DNA of 64,000 nt, taken from an uncultured candidatus Porisulfidus sp. GTDB lineage: Bacteria > Pseudomonadota > Gammaproteobacteria > Poriferisulfidales > Oxydemutatoraceae. A model generated the notes under the pieces. That model saw only the letters and a list, made by a program, of their open reading frames with translations. It made no database searches and had not been told where the DNA came from. Each line of letters starts with the position of its first letter. Positions within the stretch are counted from its first letter, which is position 1. Shown piece after piece: positions 28,686 to 39,400 of this stretch. The position numbers were made by a program, and so were the translations under genes. The DNA lies in contig OZ244052.1 in the NCBI GenBank assembly GCA_965215125.1, positions 1,600,001-1,664,000 on the forward strand, written 5' to 3'.

Positions 28686-30209
28686 ATGACGACACTTCGT
28701 TTGATATTGGGTGATCAGCTTTCGCACTCAATTACAAGTCTTGAAGGCTACGACTCGGCTAAGGACATCGTTCTGATGTGTGAAGTATGGGACGAGGCGA
28801 GCTATGTCAGGCATCACAAAAAGAAAATTGCTTTTCTTTTTTCCGCCATGCGTCATTTTGCAAAGTCGTTGGAAGCAAATGGGTACACGATTGAATATAC
28901 AAAACTTGATGATCCGAATAATGGGGGATCATTCGGCAATGAAGTTAAGCGTGCGCTCAAGCGGCATGATATTGAACGTATCGTAGTAACGCATCCGGGC
29001 GAATACCGTGTTCTGTCCGATATCAAACAGTGGGAGAACCGCTTTTCCGTTCCCGTTGAAATCAGGTCCGATTACCGATTTCTTTGCACTCCGGAAGATT
29101 TTTCCGAATGGGCAACGGGTCGTAATCAACTACGGATGGAGTATTTTTATCGGGAGATGAGAAAAAAATATCTTATTTTGATGGATAGCGATGAACCCAT
29201 CGGTGGAAAGTGGAATTATGATGCAGAAAACAGAAAACCTCCGAGAGAAGGACTGGATATTCCCCAGCCCTATACCGAAGATATAGACGACATAACCCGT
29301 GATGTGATGGCACTCATTGCAGAACGATTTTCCGACCATTTCGGTGATATTGAGCCTTTTTATCACGCCGTTACGCGTGATCAAGCTCTGCAAGCACTTG
29401 ACTTGTTTATTGAACAAAGGCTCGGTTATTTCGGTGATTATCAAGACGCAATGCTTGAAGGCGAACCGTGGATGTATCATTCGCATATCAGCTTCTATCT
29501 GAATTGTGGTTTGCTTTTAGCTCTTGAGTGTGTCAGAGCTGCGGAGGATGCTTACCATCAAGGAAAAGCACCACTCAATGCAGTAGAAGGGTTTATTCGC
29601 CAAATAGTCGGCTGGCGAGAATATGTACGCGGGGTTTATTGGCTGAAAATGCCCGATTATGCATTGCAAAACTTTTTTGAAGCCGAGCGTAATCTTCCCG
29701 ATTTTTACTGGACAGCCGACACTAAAATGAACTGTTTGGCTCAGTGTGTTTCGGGAACCAAAAAAAATGCTTATGCCCACCATATTCAGCGTTTAATGGT
29801 ATTGGGCAATTTTGCGCTACTTGCAGGGGTTGATCCTAAACAGGTCAATGAATGGTTCTTGATTGTCTACGCCGATGCCTATGAATGGGTTGAGCTACCT
29901 AATGTTTCAGGCATGATATTATTTGCCGACGGAGGTTACTTGGCCAGCAAGCCTTATGCTGCCGGCGGTTCTTACATAAATAAAATGTCCGATTACTGTA
30001 AAAATTGCAACTACAAAGTCACAAAGAAAAACGGACCCGATGCGTGTCCGTTTAATTATCTTTATTGGGATTTCTTGGCTCGTAATCGTGACAAACTTCA
30101 ATTTAATCATCGCATAGCCATGATGTACAAAACCTACGACCGAATGAATGAAGAGAAGAAAAAAGCCATCACCGATGAGAGCAGACAATTTCTGGATAGT
30201 CTTACATGA
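28686..30209 (+). CDS. Cryptochrome/photolyase, FeS-BCP class ((6-4) photolyase-like)
   Basis: LRLILGDQL, HHKKKI...SAMRHFA, EGFIRQIVGWREY, YAHHIQRLMV, and Fe-S cysteines (MNCL, YCKNC, ACPF). Confidence 0.92.
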   Translation: MTTLRLILGDQLSHSITSLEGYDSAKDIVLMCEVWDEASYVRHHKKKIAFLFSAMRHFAKSLEANGYTIEYTKLDDPNNGGSFGNEVKRALKRHDIERIVVTHPGEYRVLSDIKQWENRFSVPVEIRSDYRFLCTPEDFSEWATGRNQLRMEYFYREMRKKYLILMDSDEPIGGKWNYDAENRKPPREGLDIPQPYTEDIDDITRDVMALIAERFSDHFGDIEPFYHAVTRDQALQALDLFIEQRLGYFGDYQDAMLEGEPWMYHSHISFYLNCGLLLALECVRAAEDAYHQGKAPLNAVEGFIRQIVGWREYVRGVYWLKMPDYALQNFFEAERNLPDFYWTADTKMNCLAQCVSGTKKNAYAHHIQRLMVLGNFALLAGVDPKQVNEWFLIVYADAYEWVELPNVSGMILFADGGYLASKPYAAGGSYINKMSDYCKNCNYKVTKKNGPDACPFNYLYWDFLARNRDKLQFNHRIAMMYKTYDRMNEEKKKAITDESRQFLDSLT

Positions 30210-30379
30210 AAAAAAAGTTTGATCTACCGACAAAAACATGCCCGGTATGTCGTCAACCTTTTAGATGGCGTAAGAAGTGGGAGAGGGTATGGCATGAAGT
30301 TAAGTATTGTTCAAAATCATGCGCTTCCCAAGCAAAAACACGGGACTATCGTGGTTCTGCACAACGTCACGCCGATTGA
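30206..30379 (+). CDS. DUF2256-like small Zn-finger protein (57 aa, below the ORF-track cut-off)
   Basis: Manual translation: MKKKFDLPTKTCPVCRQPFRWRKKWERVWHEVKYCSKSCASQAKTRDYRGSAQRHAD*; ATG overlaps the photolyase stop (ATGA). Confidence 0.85.
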   Translation: MKKKFDLPTKTCPVCRQPFRWRKKWERVWHEVKYCSKSCASQAKTRDYRGSAQRHAD

Positions 30380-30757
30380 CCTACCGGCTCAATCGGCGGT
30401 TTTAGTGATATGAAAAGATTGGAGGTTATACTCATTCTGTTATAAAAAAATATCGGGTTTGCACGGCTCAATCGCTTTATACTTGTAAGGACAAGCCCTA
30501 GCTTGTCCGCCCTACACACTCATGTTAAGGTTCTGCACAACGTCACGCCGATTGACCTACCGGCTCAATCGGCGGTTTTACTGATATGAAAAGATTGGAG
30601 GTTATACTCATTCTGTTATAAAAAAATATCGGGTTTGCACGGCTCAATCGCTTTATACTTGTAAGGACAAGCCCTAGCTTGTCCGCCCTACACACTCATG
30701 TTAAGGTTCTGCACAACGTCACGCCGATTGACCTACCGGCTCAATCGGCGGTTTTAC
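30353..30757. repeat. Tandem 176-bp composite repeat (2.3 units) with 3 REP-A and 2 REP-B hairpins (BIME-like)
   Basis: Units at 30353, 30529, 30705, nearly identical; REP-A at 30370, 30546, 30722; REP-B at 30489, 30665. Confidence 0.93.
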
Positions 30758-32045
30758 TATGTACTACACTACTGATTGCACGAGTGAGTTGCGATAATTC
30801 ATCGGCGGTAATGATATAAGGTGGCATGATATAGACCAGATTTCTGAACGGTCTAATCCATACACCTTGTGCCACGAATGCCTTGCATAACATGGCTACA
30901 TCAACAGGCTTATGCAATTCAACGATACCGATTGCACCCATGACGCGCACCTCGTGTACCGAATCGTATTGCTTACAAGCATCAAGTTCGGATAAAAGTT
31001 GTTGCTCTATTGCCGAGATTTGTTGTTGCCATCTATTTTGCTTCAATAACTCTATATTAGCCGATGCAACCGCGCACGCAAGCGGGTTTGCCATATAAGT
31101 GGGTCCGTGCATAAAAGCTCCGGCTTCTCCCGAGTCTATGGTGTGGCTGATTGTTTCGGTTGTTATTGTGGATGCAATAGTAAGATAACCGGCACCTAGG
31201 GCTTTGCCGACGCAGATAATGTCCGGCACCACATCGGCATGTTGCAAAGCGAACATAGCCCCCGTTCTGCCGAACCCCGTCGCGATTTCATCAAAAATCA
31301 GCAGTACATCGTATTGACTGCAGAGTTCTCGGGCATGGCGCAAATAACTCGGATGGTATATATGCATTCCACCGGCACCTTGTACTATGGGCTCCAGTAT
31401 CATTGCAGCGATACTATCTGCGTGTTTTTCTAAAGTTTGTTCAAGTTCATCAACGGCATCTTTATCTTCGTATTCCCTATAGCGCGGTGCGGATACAAAA
31501 AATTGTCTGGGCAGGATATCCGAAAACAATCGGTGCATTCCGTTTTCCGGATCGCAAACCGACATTGCTGCAAAAGTGTCGCCGTGATAACCACCGCGAA
31601 TAGTCAACAATCGGGTTTTATTTTTCACTCCTTTGGCTTGCTGATATTGAAGAGCCATTTTAATCGCAGCTTCCACGGAGACCGAGCCTGAATCACAAAA
31701 AAAAATGCAGTCCAGAGATGAGGGCAGTAGTTCACACAGAACCTGTCCTAATTCGACCGCCACCGGATGCGTTAGACCACCGAACATCACATGCGCCATC
31801 TTGTCTAGCTGTGTTTGCAATGCCGTATTCAATCGGGGATGATTATAACCGTGGATTGCAGCCCACCATGACGACATGCCGTCTATGATTTGCCGCCCGT
31901 CGGCGAGCTTCAAATAAACACCATGTGCTTCTACCACCGGCCAAACTTCTGCTTCGCTGTGCAAAGCACTATACGGATGGCGTAGATGACGGCGATCAAA
32001 CGCAAGCATTGTGTTATCCCACAAAGCCGAGTTTAACCCGCTCAT
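30741..32045 (-). CDS. bioA: Adenosylmethionine-8-amino-7-oxononanoate transaminase
   Basis: DGMSSWW, DSGSVSVE, YHGDTF, DEIATGFGRTG, HGPTYMANPLA. Confidence 0.97.
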   Translation of the reverse strand: MSGLNSALWDNTMLAFDRRHLRHPYSALHSEAEVWPVVEAHGVYLKLADGRQIIDGMSSWWAAIHGYNHPRLNTALQTQLDKMAHVMFGGLTHPVAVELGQVLCELLPSSLDCIFFCDSGSVSVEAAIKMALQYQQAKGVKNKTRLLTIRGGYHGDTFAAMSVCDPENGMHRLFSDILPRQFFVSAPRYREYEDKDAVDELEQTLEKHADSIAAMILEPIVQGAGGMHIYHPSYLRHARELCSQYDVLLIFDEIATGFGRTGAMFALQHADVVPDIICVGKALGAGYLTIASTITTETISHTIDSGEAGAFMHGPTYMANPLACAVASANIELLKQNRWQQQISAIEQQLLSELDACKQYDSVHEVRVMGAIGIVELHKPVDVAMLCKAFVAQGVWIRPFRNLVYIMPPYIITADELSQLTRAISSVVHSKTAD

Positions 32046-32428
32046 ATATCTGAGATAGGTGGATGATAAATTATTTGTACACGGTTGCCTTCGGGGTCAA
32101 AGCAATAAAAACTGCGTGCATTGTCGCGATGGGTTTTGGGCGGCTTATCTATTTTTACATTATGTTGCGACAGGAACTCGTGCCAGAGGTCTACATCTTT
32201 GGCTTGTTTCAATACGATACCGATATGGTCTAAAGCCCCCGTGCCTTCAATATCTTCCACCCGGTGCAATGCCAAATTATCCTGTCCTGAACTCAGATAT
32301 AAATTATCCGAATCGGGTTGCCATTCAACCGTGTAGCCAAGCAGATCCACATAAAAGCGTTCGCAAATTTCTATATTCTGCACCTTGAGTGCGACATGAC
32401 ATAAACCTATAGCCTTCGGTAGTTTCAT
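32042..32428 (-). CDS. VOC/glyoxalase family protein
   Basis: HVAL.V...ERFY..LLG, LDHIG, SFYCFDPEGN. Confidence 0.9.
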   Translation of the reverse strand: MKLPKAIGLCHVALKVQNIEICERFYVDLLGYTVEWQPDSDNLYLSSGQDNLALHRVEDIEGTGALDHIGIVLKQAKDVDLWHEFLSQHNVKIDKPPKTHRDNARSFYCFDPEGNRVQIIYHPPISDI

Positions 32429-32841
32429 TCTTCTATAACTTCGTAGCTGTAATTAATCTCGGCGGTGCGTTCCAACATTTTGGAAACCGACGAATGTTTT
32501 TCGGCAGAGTCCTTAACCGCCTGTGCAACGATATTCTCATCGAGTTGGCGACCGCGTACCGTGAAATGTCCGTCTATACGTGTGAAAACAGCAGGCTCGC
32601 TATCCGCTCGTTCGGCATTCAATGCTATTTCCACACTGTGTATTGTTTGTCCGGAATCTTTTAATAGCTTGACAATATCAAAACTGCTACATCCACCTAA
32701 TCCTACCAGTACCATCTCCATAGGTCTTGCAGCTAGATTGCGTCCGCCTGCTTCGGGTGCACCGTCCATCACTACGCTATGCCCCGAGCCGGTTTCTGCG
32801 ACAAAAGACATAGGGTTCATCCATTTAACACATACTTTCAT
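32425..32841 (-). CDS. OsmC/YhfA family protein
   Basis: GSGHSVVMDG, RPMEMVLVGLGGCSSFD. Confidence 0.9.
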   Translation of the reverse strand: MKVCVKWMNPMSFVAETGSGHSVVMDGAPEAGGRNLAARPMEMVLVGLGGCSSFDIVKLLKDSGQTIHSVEIALNAERADSEPAVFTRIDGHFTVRGRQLDENIVAQAVKDSAEKHSSVSKMLERTAEINYSYEVIEE

Positions 32842-32955
32842 TGCATTTCTTAAAAAGTGATCTAAAATTGGTTTTAAGTGTCCCGGCTATAGTCGTTAAA
32901 GAATTCGTATTTTCCATTCCAGTTTAATGTGTCCCTAAAAAGATATTCGGGTGTT

Positions 32956-33177
32956 TTAGCAATGCCCAGAAAGTTGCATATATCCGCAAGTATCTTTATT
33001 ATTCTGAGCGTGTTTATCACCCACTACTTCTATATTGCAATCGTGTTGATGTTGATATCGTCCGCTTCTATTAAAGCCTACAGTGAAAACAGCGTCGCGT
33101 ACATTGTCGATATATTCTTGATATTGAGATAATTCCGTTTCGGATTGTTGCGATGTTTGTGGTTTTTTCGATGCCAT
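32956..33177 (-). CDS. Hypothetical 73-aa protein
   Basis: ATG-initiated ORF downstream of a minus-strand TATAAT (33224-33229); no recognisable motif. Confidence 0.3.
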   Translation of the reverse strand: MASKKPQTSQQSETELSQYQEYIDNVRDAVFTVGFNRSGRYQHQHDCNIEVVGDKHAQNNKDTCGYMQLSGHC

Positions 33178-33368
33178 TTTGTTGAACGGTAGTGTCTAGT
33201 TTAGAACTTTAAATTATGTCCTACATTATAGCACCTGACTAAAATATAACCTACAAACTATAGGAACGAACCATTCCCCCTGAGAGAGGGCAGGTATATT
33301 AAAACCCGGCTTATTTGATATATTTAATGTTTCTAATGGACACAATATTTAGATTTTGTATAAAGTTA

Positions 33369-33401
33369 CGCCGATTGATCTACTGGTTCAATCGGCGGTT
33401 A
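33369..33401 (-). repeat. REP-A hairpin fused to the stop codon of giant gene 1
   Basis: Minus strand reads TAA-CCGCCGATTGAACCAGTAGATCAATCGGCG. Confidence 0.85.
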
Positions 33402-36400
33402 TTGAATAGGACCCTCTAAAAATACTCTGGCGCGTATTCTAATCTCGGTGCTACGAGAAACACCGCGGCTACCGGAATACACAGTCCTCTCATAACCCTG
33501 CATGTCGGTATATGTTACACCGATGCGAAATAAATCTCCTTCCGCTATCGTATGCCCTGATAGGCTGGCCGGGATCGTATAGGAGTTGCCGGTCGCACCG
33601 GAAATGTTCACCCAATTATTTGCATCCGAACAATCGGTTCCGTCGCTACCCCAGCATCGTTGCCATTGATATGCCACAGTACTGCTTAACCCGCCTCCGT
33701 CCGGATCATCCGTTAAGGTCAAACCCGTCAAGGTTAATATCCGTTCGTTATCGTTATCTCTGCTAAGTGTCCCTATATTTGCTTGGCCGTTATCTTTCTT
33801 ATTCACCACCACCGATACCATTGTAGATACGGCTTCGGCGGCGGTGTCGCGCACGACCAACTGCAATGCTAGGGTCTGTTGCGTAAGGGTGCTACTCTTT
33901 ATCAAATAGTCGGGTAGGGTAAAACTGACTTGCCGAGCATTTATGGATGATACGTTTATTCCGTCATGCCCACTGGTCACGCGCCAGCTATAAGTCAAGC
34001 TATCGTTATTTTCATCGGTCGCATCGGCAGTTATGGTGACTTCATCACCCTCTTCCAGCGGTGGTGAGGGCGGGTCAACGGTAATTGTAATGCCACGAAT
34101 GATCGGTGCGATGTTGTCGATCGTAATCGCATCGGATTGAACGGTCGCCGATTGTCCTATGTTGTCCACAATCGTCACATCTAATCTATAGCGTGTGCCT
34201 GCAGTTCGTCCGTTGCCGGGTATTGTATAGCTATTGCCGGTTGCGCCACCTATTATGCTATTGTTTCTATACCACCGATATGTTCTCCGTGCGATGCCGT
34301 TGGCATCCGAAATCCCTGTTGGGTCTCCTTCCAGTTGCCATTGATTAGTGCTGTTTCGGCTTATCATCACGCTACCGGTCGGCTGTGCATCTATCAAAAG
34401 TGCAAAGACTGCCTGTGCCGTGCCACCGGTGTCGTCGGCTGCCGATACGGTCACGGTAAAACCTGTGGTGTTGGTGCTTGCCTCTGCGTTTGTGGGTGTG
34501 AATGTCAATGTGCCGGTGGTACTGAAGTTATAACTTAAGTTATCCGGGTCTACTACGATACTGTATGTCAGTGCATCGTTGTCGGCATCGCTAAAGAAGC
34601 TGCCGGTCTCTAATCTAAATGCTTCTCCTACCGTTGCCACGACCGATGTCGGCACAGACGACACTTGCGGTGGTGTATTGGTTCGCACCACAATTTTCGT
34701 ATTAGTACTGTTATTCTTACTATCGGTTGCGGTAAATGTAATCACCGCTGCTCCGCTTTGCTCGGCAGTTAGCGTGAAGGTGATATTCGTATCGGTCGTT
34801 ATATTGTCGATTTGTTTCGGTGTCACCGACACGATCGTTCGGCTCGATGATTCCGCCGTCAATGTTACTCGATCATCCAAATCAAAATTATTATCCGCTA
34901 CCGAGACCACCACTCGTGCAGTACTTTCCGGTTCTATCGCTTGTCCCGGTGAGGTGATAATCCCAAGCGTTGGGGCTTCGTTTGCTTCCACTTCCACCAT
35001 CAGCCGTTCCGGAACCACAGAGTTCGTCGCACCTCTGTCGTCATCTACTGTCATAGTAATCGTCGCCATACCTACCCTTTTGCCGGCAATTTTAATCGTG
35101 CGAGTTGTATTGTTTCCTTCTGTAGTCACACTTGCGACATCGGTATCATCGGATCGAACGCTTAGCCTTAAACCGGTAGGGAGGTCGTCGGTGTCCGTAT
35201 CGTCTATTGTGATGTCTAACATGGTCTCTGCTCCTTCCAACAATCCGATGGGTTTTGTAGGAACACCGGTAATCGTCGGAGCGGTGTTCCGCTCTACCGT
35301 CACCGAGACCGAAACCGAAGCCGATTCGGTATGTTCGTCGCTAATGGTGATATTGAGCGTTGCCATGCCTGCTTTCAATCCTTTAATTCTTAGAGTTTGT
35401 GCGTCTCTTGTAACACTGCCGTTGGTCATTACTGCTACACTGGTGGTCACCAATTCCACAATATCTTGGTTCTCATTCATTGCGGTTAGCGATAGAGTTA
35501 AGCTATCGTCGGTGTCGGCATCGGATACCGACACTGCAATAGTCTGCTCTCTGCCTTCCTTGACCGAGACTGTGTCGTCAAAAGATGTAATCGTTGGTGG
35601 CACATTGACTCGCACCGGCACGGTTTCACTATTTTTCAACCCGTTGCTATCGGTTGCGGTGAATGTAATCACCGCCTCTCCGCTTTGCTCGGCAGTTAGC
35701 GTGAAGGTGATGCTCGTATCGGTCGTTATATTGTCGGTTTGTTCCGGTGCCACCGACACGATCGTTCGGCTCGATGATTCCGCCGTCAATGTGACACTAT
35801 CGCCTTCATCAAAATCATTATCCGCTACCGAGACGACGATATCGGTCATGTCATTCAATTGCATCGTTGGAACGGTTGGTGGTGTAATCGTAATTATCGG
35901 TTCGCTGCTTTCTTCCAAACCGACATTCAGCAAAACTTCGTCGGATTTTGCGTTATTAAAACCGCTATTGTCTTCTGCTACCAATCTAAAGTTTTTCACC
36001 AACATGGCATCTGGCGTTGGGACTCTGATCGTCAGGTCAAGCATCCTTTGAACATTGCCGGTCGGAGTCCCACTGATAGTAAACGATGCCACGATATTTC
36101 CCTCTCCGTCGAGCGCATCCAGTTTCACGGTCAACTCGTCATTTATATTGCCATCGGACACTACCACACTCAGTGTTGTATTTGTGTCTGCTGCGAGTAA
36201 AATTTCATCGCCATCTCTCGGAGATATAATTTCAGGTTTGGCATTATTTTGACCGGGCAACAAGCTACCACAGCGAGGCAACGGTGTTGCCGCATCGTCA
36301 TCGCAGGCATCGACACCGGCAATCTCGTTATACAGCAATGCCGGATATTGCTCGGTGGTGCCGAAATCCCAATCGTCAGTACTCCAGTTGGCATAGATTC

Positions 36401-39400
36401 CGGTTGCAGCATTGTCATTCGTCGGTGTTTGCAATCCAACGGTCGTTTGAGCGGTACCACCTCCCGGAGAAGCCGTTTGATTACTCGTATTGATATCCCA
36501 ATAGCTATCGGTTACCGGTGGGTTGGATTCGTGTCTATTGCCGATTAGACCGCCAATATTATTATTACTTGAATCGGCTGTCACTCTGACGGTTGAATAG
36601 TTGTTTGTAACGCTTGGATTATTGCCTGTCCATAATACAGCGAGCAGACCACCTACGGCTCGGGAAGGGCTATTGCTAGCAGTGATATGCACAGAACCCC
36701 TTGCATAACTATTGCTAATAGACCCTTGATTCTCGCCGACTAAACCACCGGCTTCCCTTAATCCTGTGCCCCTAGCATTTGCATAGCTATTGATAATTCT
36801 CCCACCGTTGACGCCACAGATACCACCGACCCAACGAAAACCCACCACAGTGCCACGCACATAACTGTTGATAATTAACCCATTTGACCCGCTTACGCCG
36901 ACTAAAAGACCGGCATTGTTCGCTTTTCCCTCAACACGGCTCTCAATCACATGGGTATTGATTAGATTACCCTCGTTGCGACCGACCAGCCCACCGACCC
37001 TATTATTGCCCTCTACTTCTATTTCTCGTAAACCGAGATTGCGAATGGTGCCGGTATTGCTATTGCCGGCAAACATGCCGATCTCGTTAGTACCGTCTCT
37101 ATTGATCTGCAAATTAAAAATGCCATATCCGTTGCCCTCAAAAATACCGGCGAAACATCTGCTACTCGGATCGCTACAATTATTGCCGGCAACAGAACCT
37201 ATAGGATTCCAACCGGTATCGCCGTCGGTATCGAAATTATCCACCGTCCACATTGCCCTATTCGTCATCGCATTTATATAGTTCTCGGCAATCGTGAAAT
37301 CCAAGTCTCTACGCAGTTCATAACCCATACAGGTCTCCATGCCTCCGACTAGCATGCAACCTGCGGCACTTTTAGTCGGGCCTCCGCTTGCTCTATAGCC
37401 GCTACCGTCGGTTTGATAACGCACCGCATGCAAATCTTCTAAATAGTAGATGTCTATCAAGCCGTCGTCATCGTCATCTATATCGGTTCTATTTCTATAC
37501 GGACCTACTACACTAGTAAAACGATTCCCTTGTCCGTCAATAGAAACCACCTGTGCGCGATAGAGAGAGTCACTCGTATCTTGTGTCGGTATGATATATG
37601 TTGCCGAGGTCTCACCGGGAATCGTTGTCCAATCGGTATCACCTGCGCCACGTCGCTGCCAAGCATAACTATCAATCGTGCCGTCGCCGTCGGGATCGCT
37701 TCCTTCTACTATTGCCTCAATGCTTATCATTGATATGGTCACTGTCGTCGTAAAGCCTGGTCCACCATTATCAACCTTTCTGATGGTCAAAGTCTTGGTT
37801 GCACTAGTTTCCACAAAGCCGTCTCCGACGATCAGTTTGATTACGACATCGCGATCTGTGTCATCACGAGGTACAAATCTGATAGGTGCATTAAAACTTA
37901 AATTAGCATTGGTAACGGTTTCCCCGGCCAGCAAAGTCTCCGGCTCCGAAGTCCACCGATAACGATAAATATCACTGTCGCCACCTGTGATCGTTGCAGT
38001 TAGATTAACGGGATCGCCCTCATCCACCGTGTCGGCACCGATTATACTTGTTATTTCTATTGCACTTATAGGATTGTTGACGGTGACGCTATAGGTGACC
38101 GGGTTGGTATCGGTAGGGTCATTGCCGACGACGATTGTCAGAATCGACACCCCTTCTGAGAGAGGAATAGGCATGCTCAACTCGCCACTGCGCTTGCCCG
38201 TAAAATAGTCGGTGCTATCTCCTGTTTTGAGAATTGAAATAGAAGCACCTTGAGGATTGATGCTGTACGGCAATAACTCAATCATGGTTTTATTTACTAC
38301 ATTTATCGTATAGTCGGAAAATATCGAAAGAGAGAAAGGTTTATTCGCTGTTTCAGGCCTACTATCGACAAAGAATAGTAGGTTGCTCAGTCCTTTCTCT
38401 CCCTGATCTAGCAATACACCGCCGCACGGCGGTAGAGCGGTATCGAGGTCGTCATCACACACCGGTGCTATAGAAATGTCGGTCGGCGAAGTATATCTTA
38501 GTATTGGGTATTGCGTTGAGCTACCGAAATCCCAATCGGCAATACGCCAATTTGTATAGATGCCGGTTGCAGCATTTTCATTAGTCGGTGTTTGCAATTC
38601 AGTGCGGGTTTTGGCTTCAATATTGGTAGTAATACCACTATTAACCGTGCTGTCCCAATAGCTAGACTCGATCATCCCGGTTGTCCCGGTAGCGACCAAA
38701 CCCCCGACTGTGCCACCGCCACCGTCAATAAGCCCGTATGCATAACTATTCCTTATCAAGCCTGCGTTATCGGCTACTAAACCGCCGGCACGATTCCGTG
38801 TGCTGTCCTCCGTACAGCCTCCGGATCTGTTTACGCTACCCGCCGCATAGCTATTGACGATGTCACTCCCACTGCCGTTCTCGGCAACCAAACCGCCTAC
38901 ATCGCAAGCCCCGCTGACATTACCCGCCGCATAGCTGTTTCTAATCTTGCCGTGGTTGTTGCCGACCAAACCAGCCGATAATAACGCGCCAGTGGACATT
39001 ACCATTACATCTGCATAGCTGTTGACAATCACGCTGGTCGCAAAACTATGATTAAACGCAACCAATCCACCGACGCTGTGTTGTGATCCCTTAACTTCTC
39101 CTTGCGCATAGCTATTGGTAATAACACCTTCGTTTTGCGCAACCAAGCTACCTACAGAGCCTCTGCCTTCAATATCAACATCCAATATGCCGATGTTTTC
39201 TATCCTCGCCTCCACCGACGATGCTGCAAATAATCCGATATATGCATCATCAACCGTATCTCTATTGATATGTAAATTAGAAATACTATGTCCGTTGCCC
39301 TCAAAAATACCGGCAAAACATCTGCTACTCGAGTCGCTACAACCATTGTTAGTAATAGACCCTATAGGTTGCCAACCGGTATCGCCGGCGGTATCGAAAT

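Noticed and set aside
30219-30413. 64-aa ORF in the track
   Set aside because: Wrong frame; the overlapping frame 30206-30379 carries the CPVC...WRKKW...KYCS motif.
30353-30757. Possible CRISPR array (also 662-1020)
   Set aside because: The intervening sequences are duplicated rather than unique spacers, the period is ~177 bp, and no cas genes are present.
27989-30760. Integrase-type genomic island at tRNA-Ser
   Set aside because: No integrase and no duplicated tRNA 3' end (att site) was found downstream.
34579-36051. 490-aa plus-strand ORF and the many other antisense ORFs within 33.5-63.5 kb
   Set aside because: Antisense shadows of the giant genes caused by codon bias; they recur only because the sense sequence is repeated.
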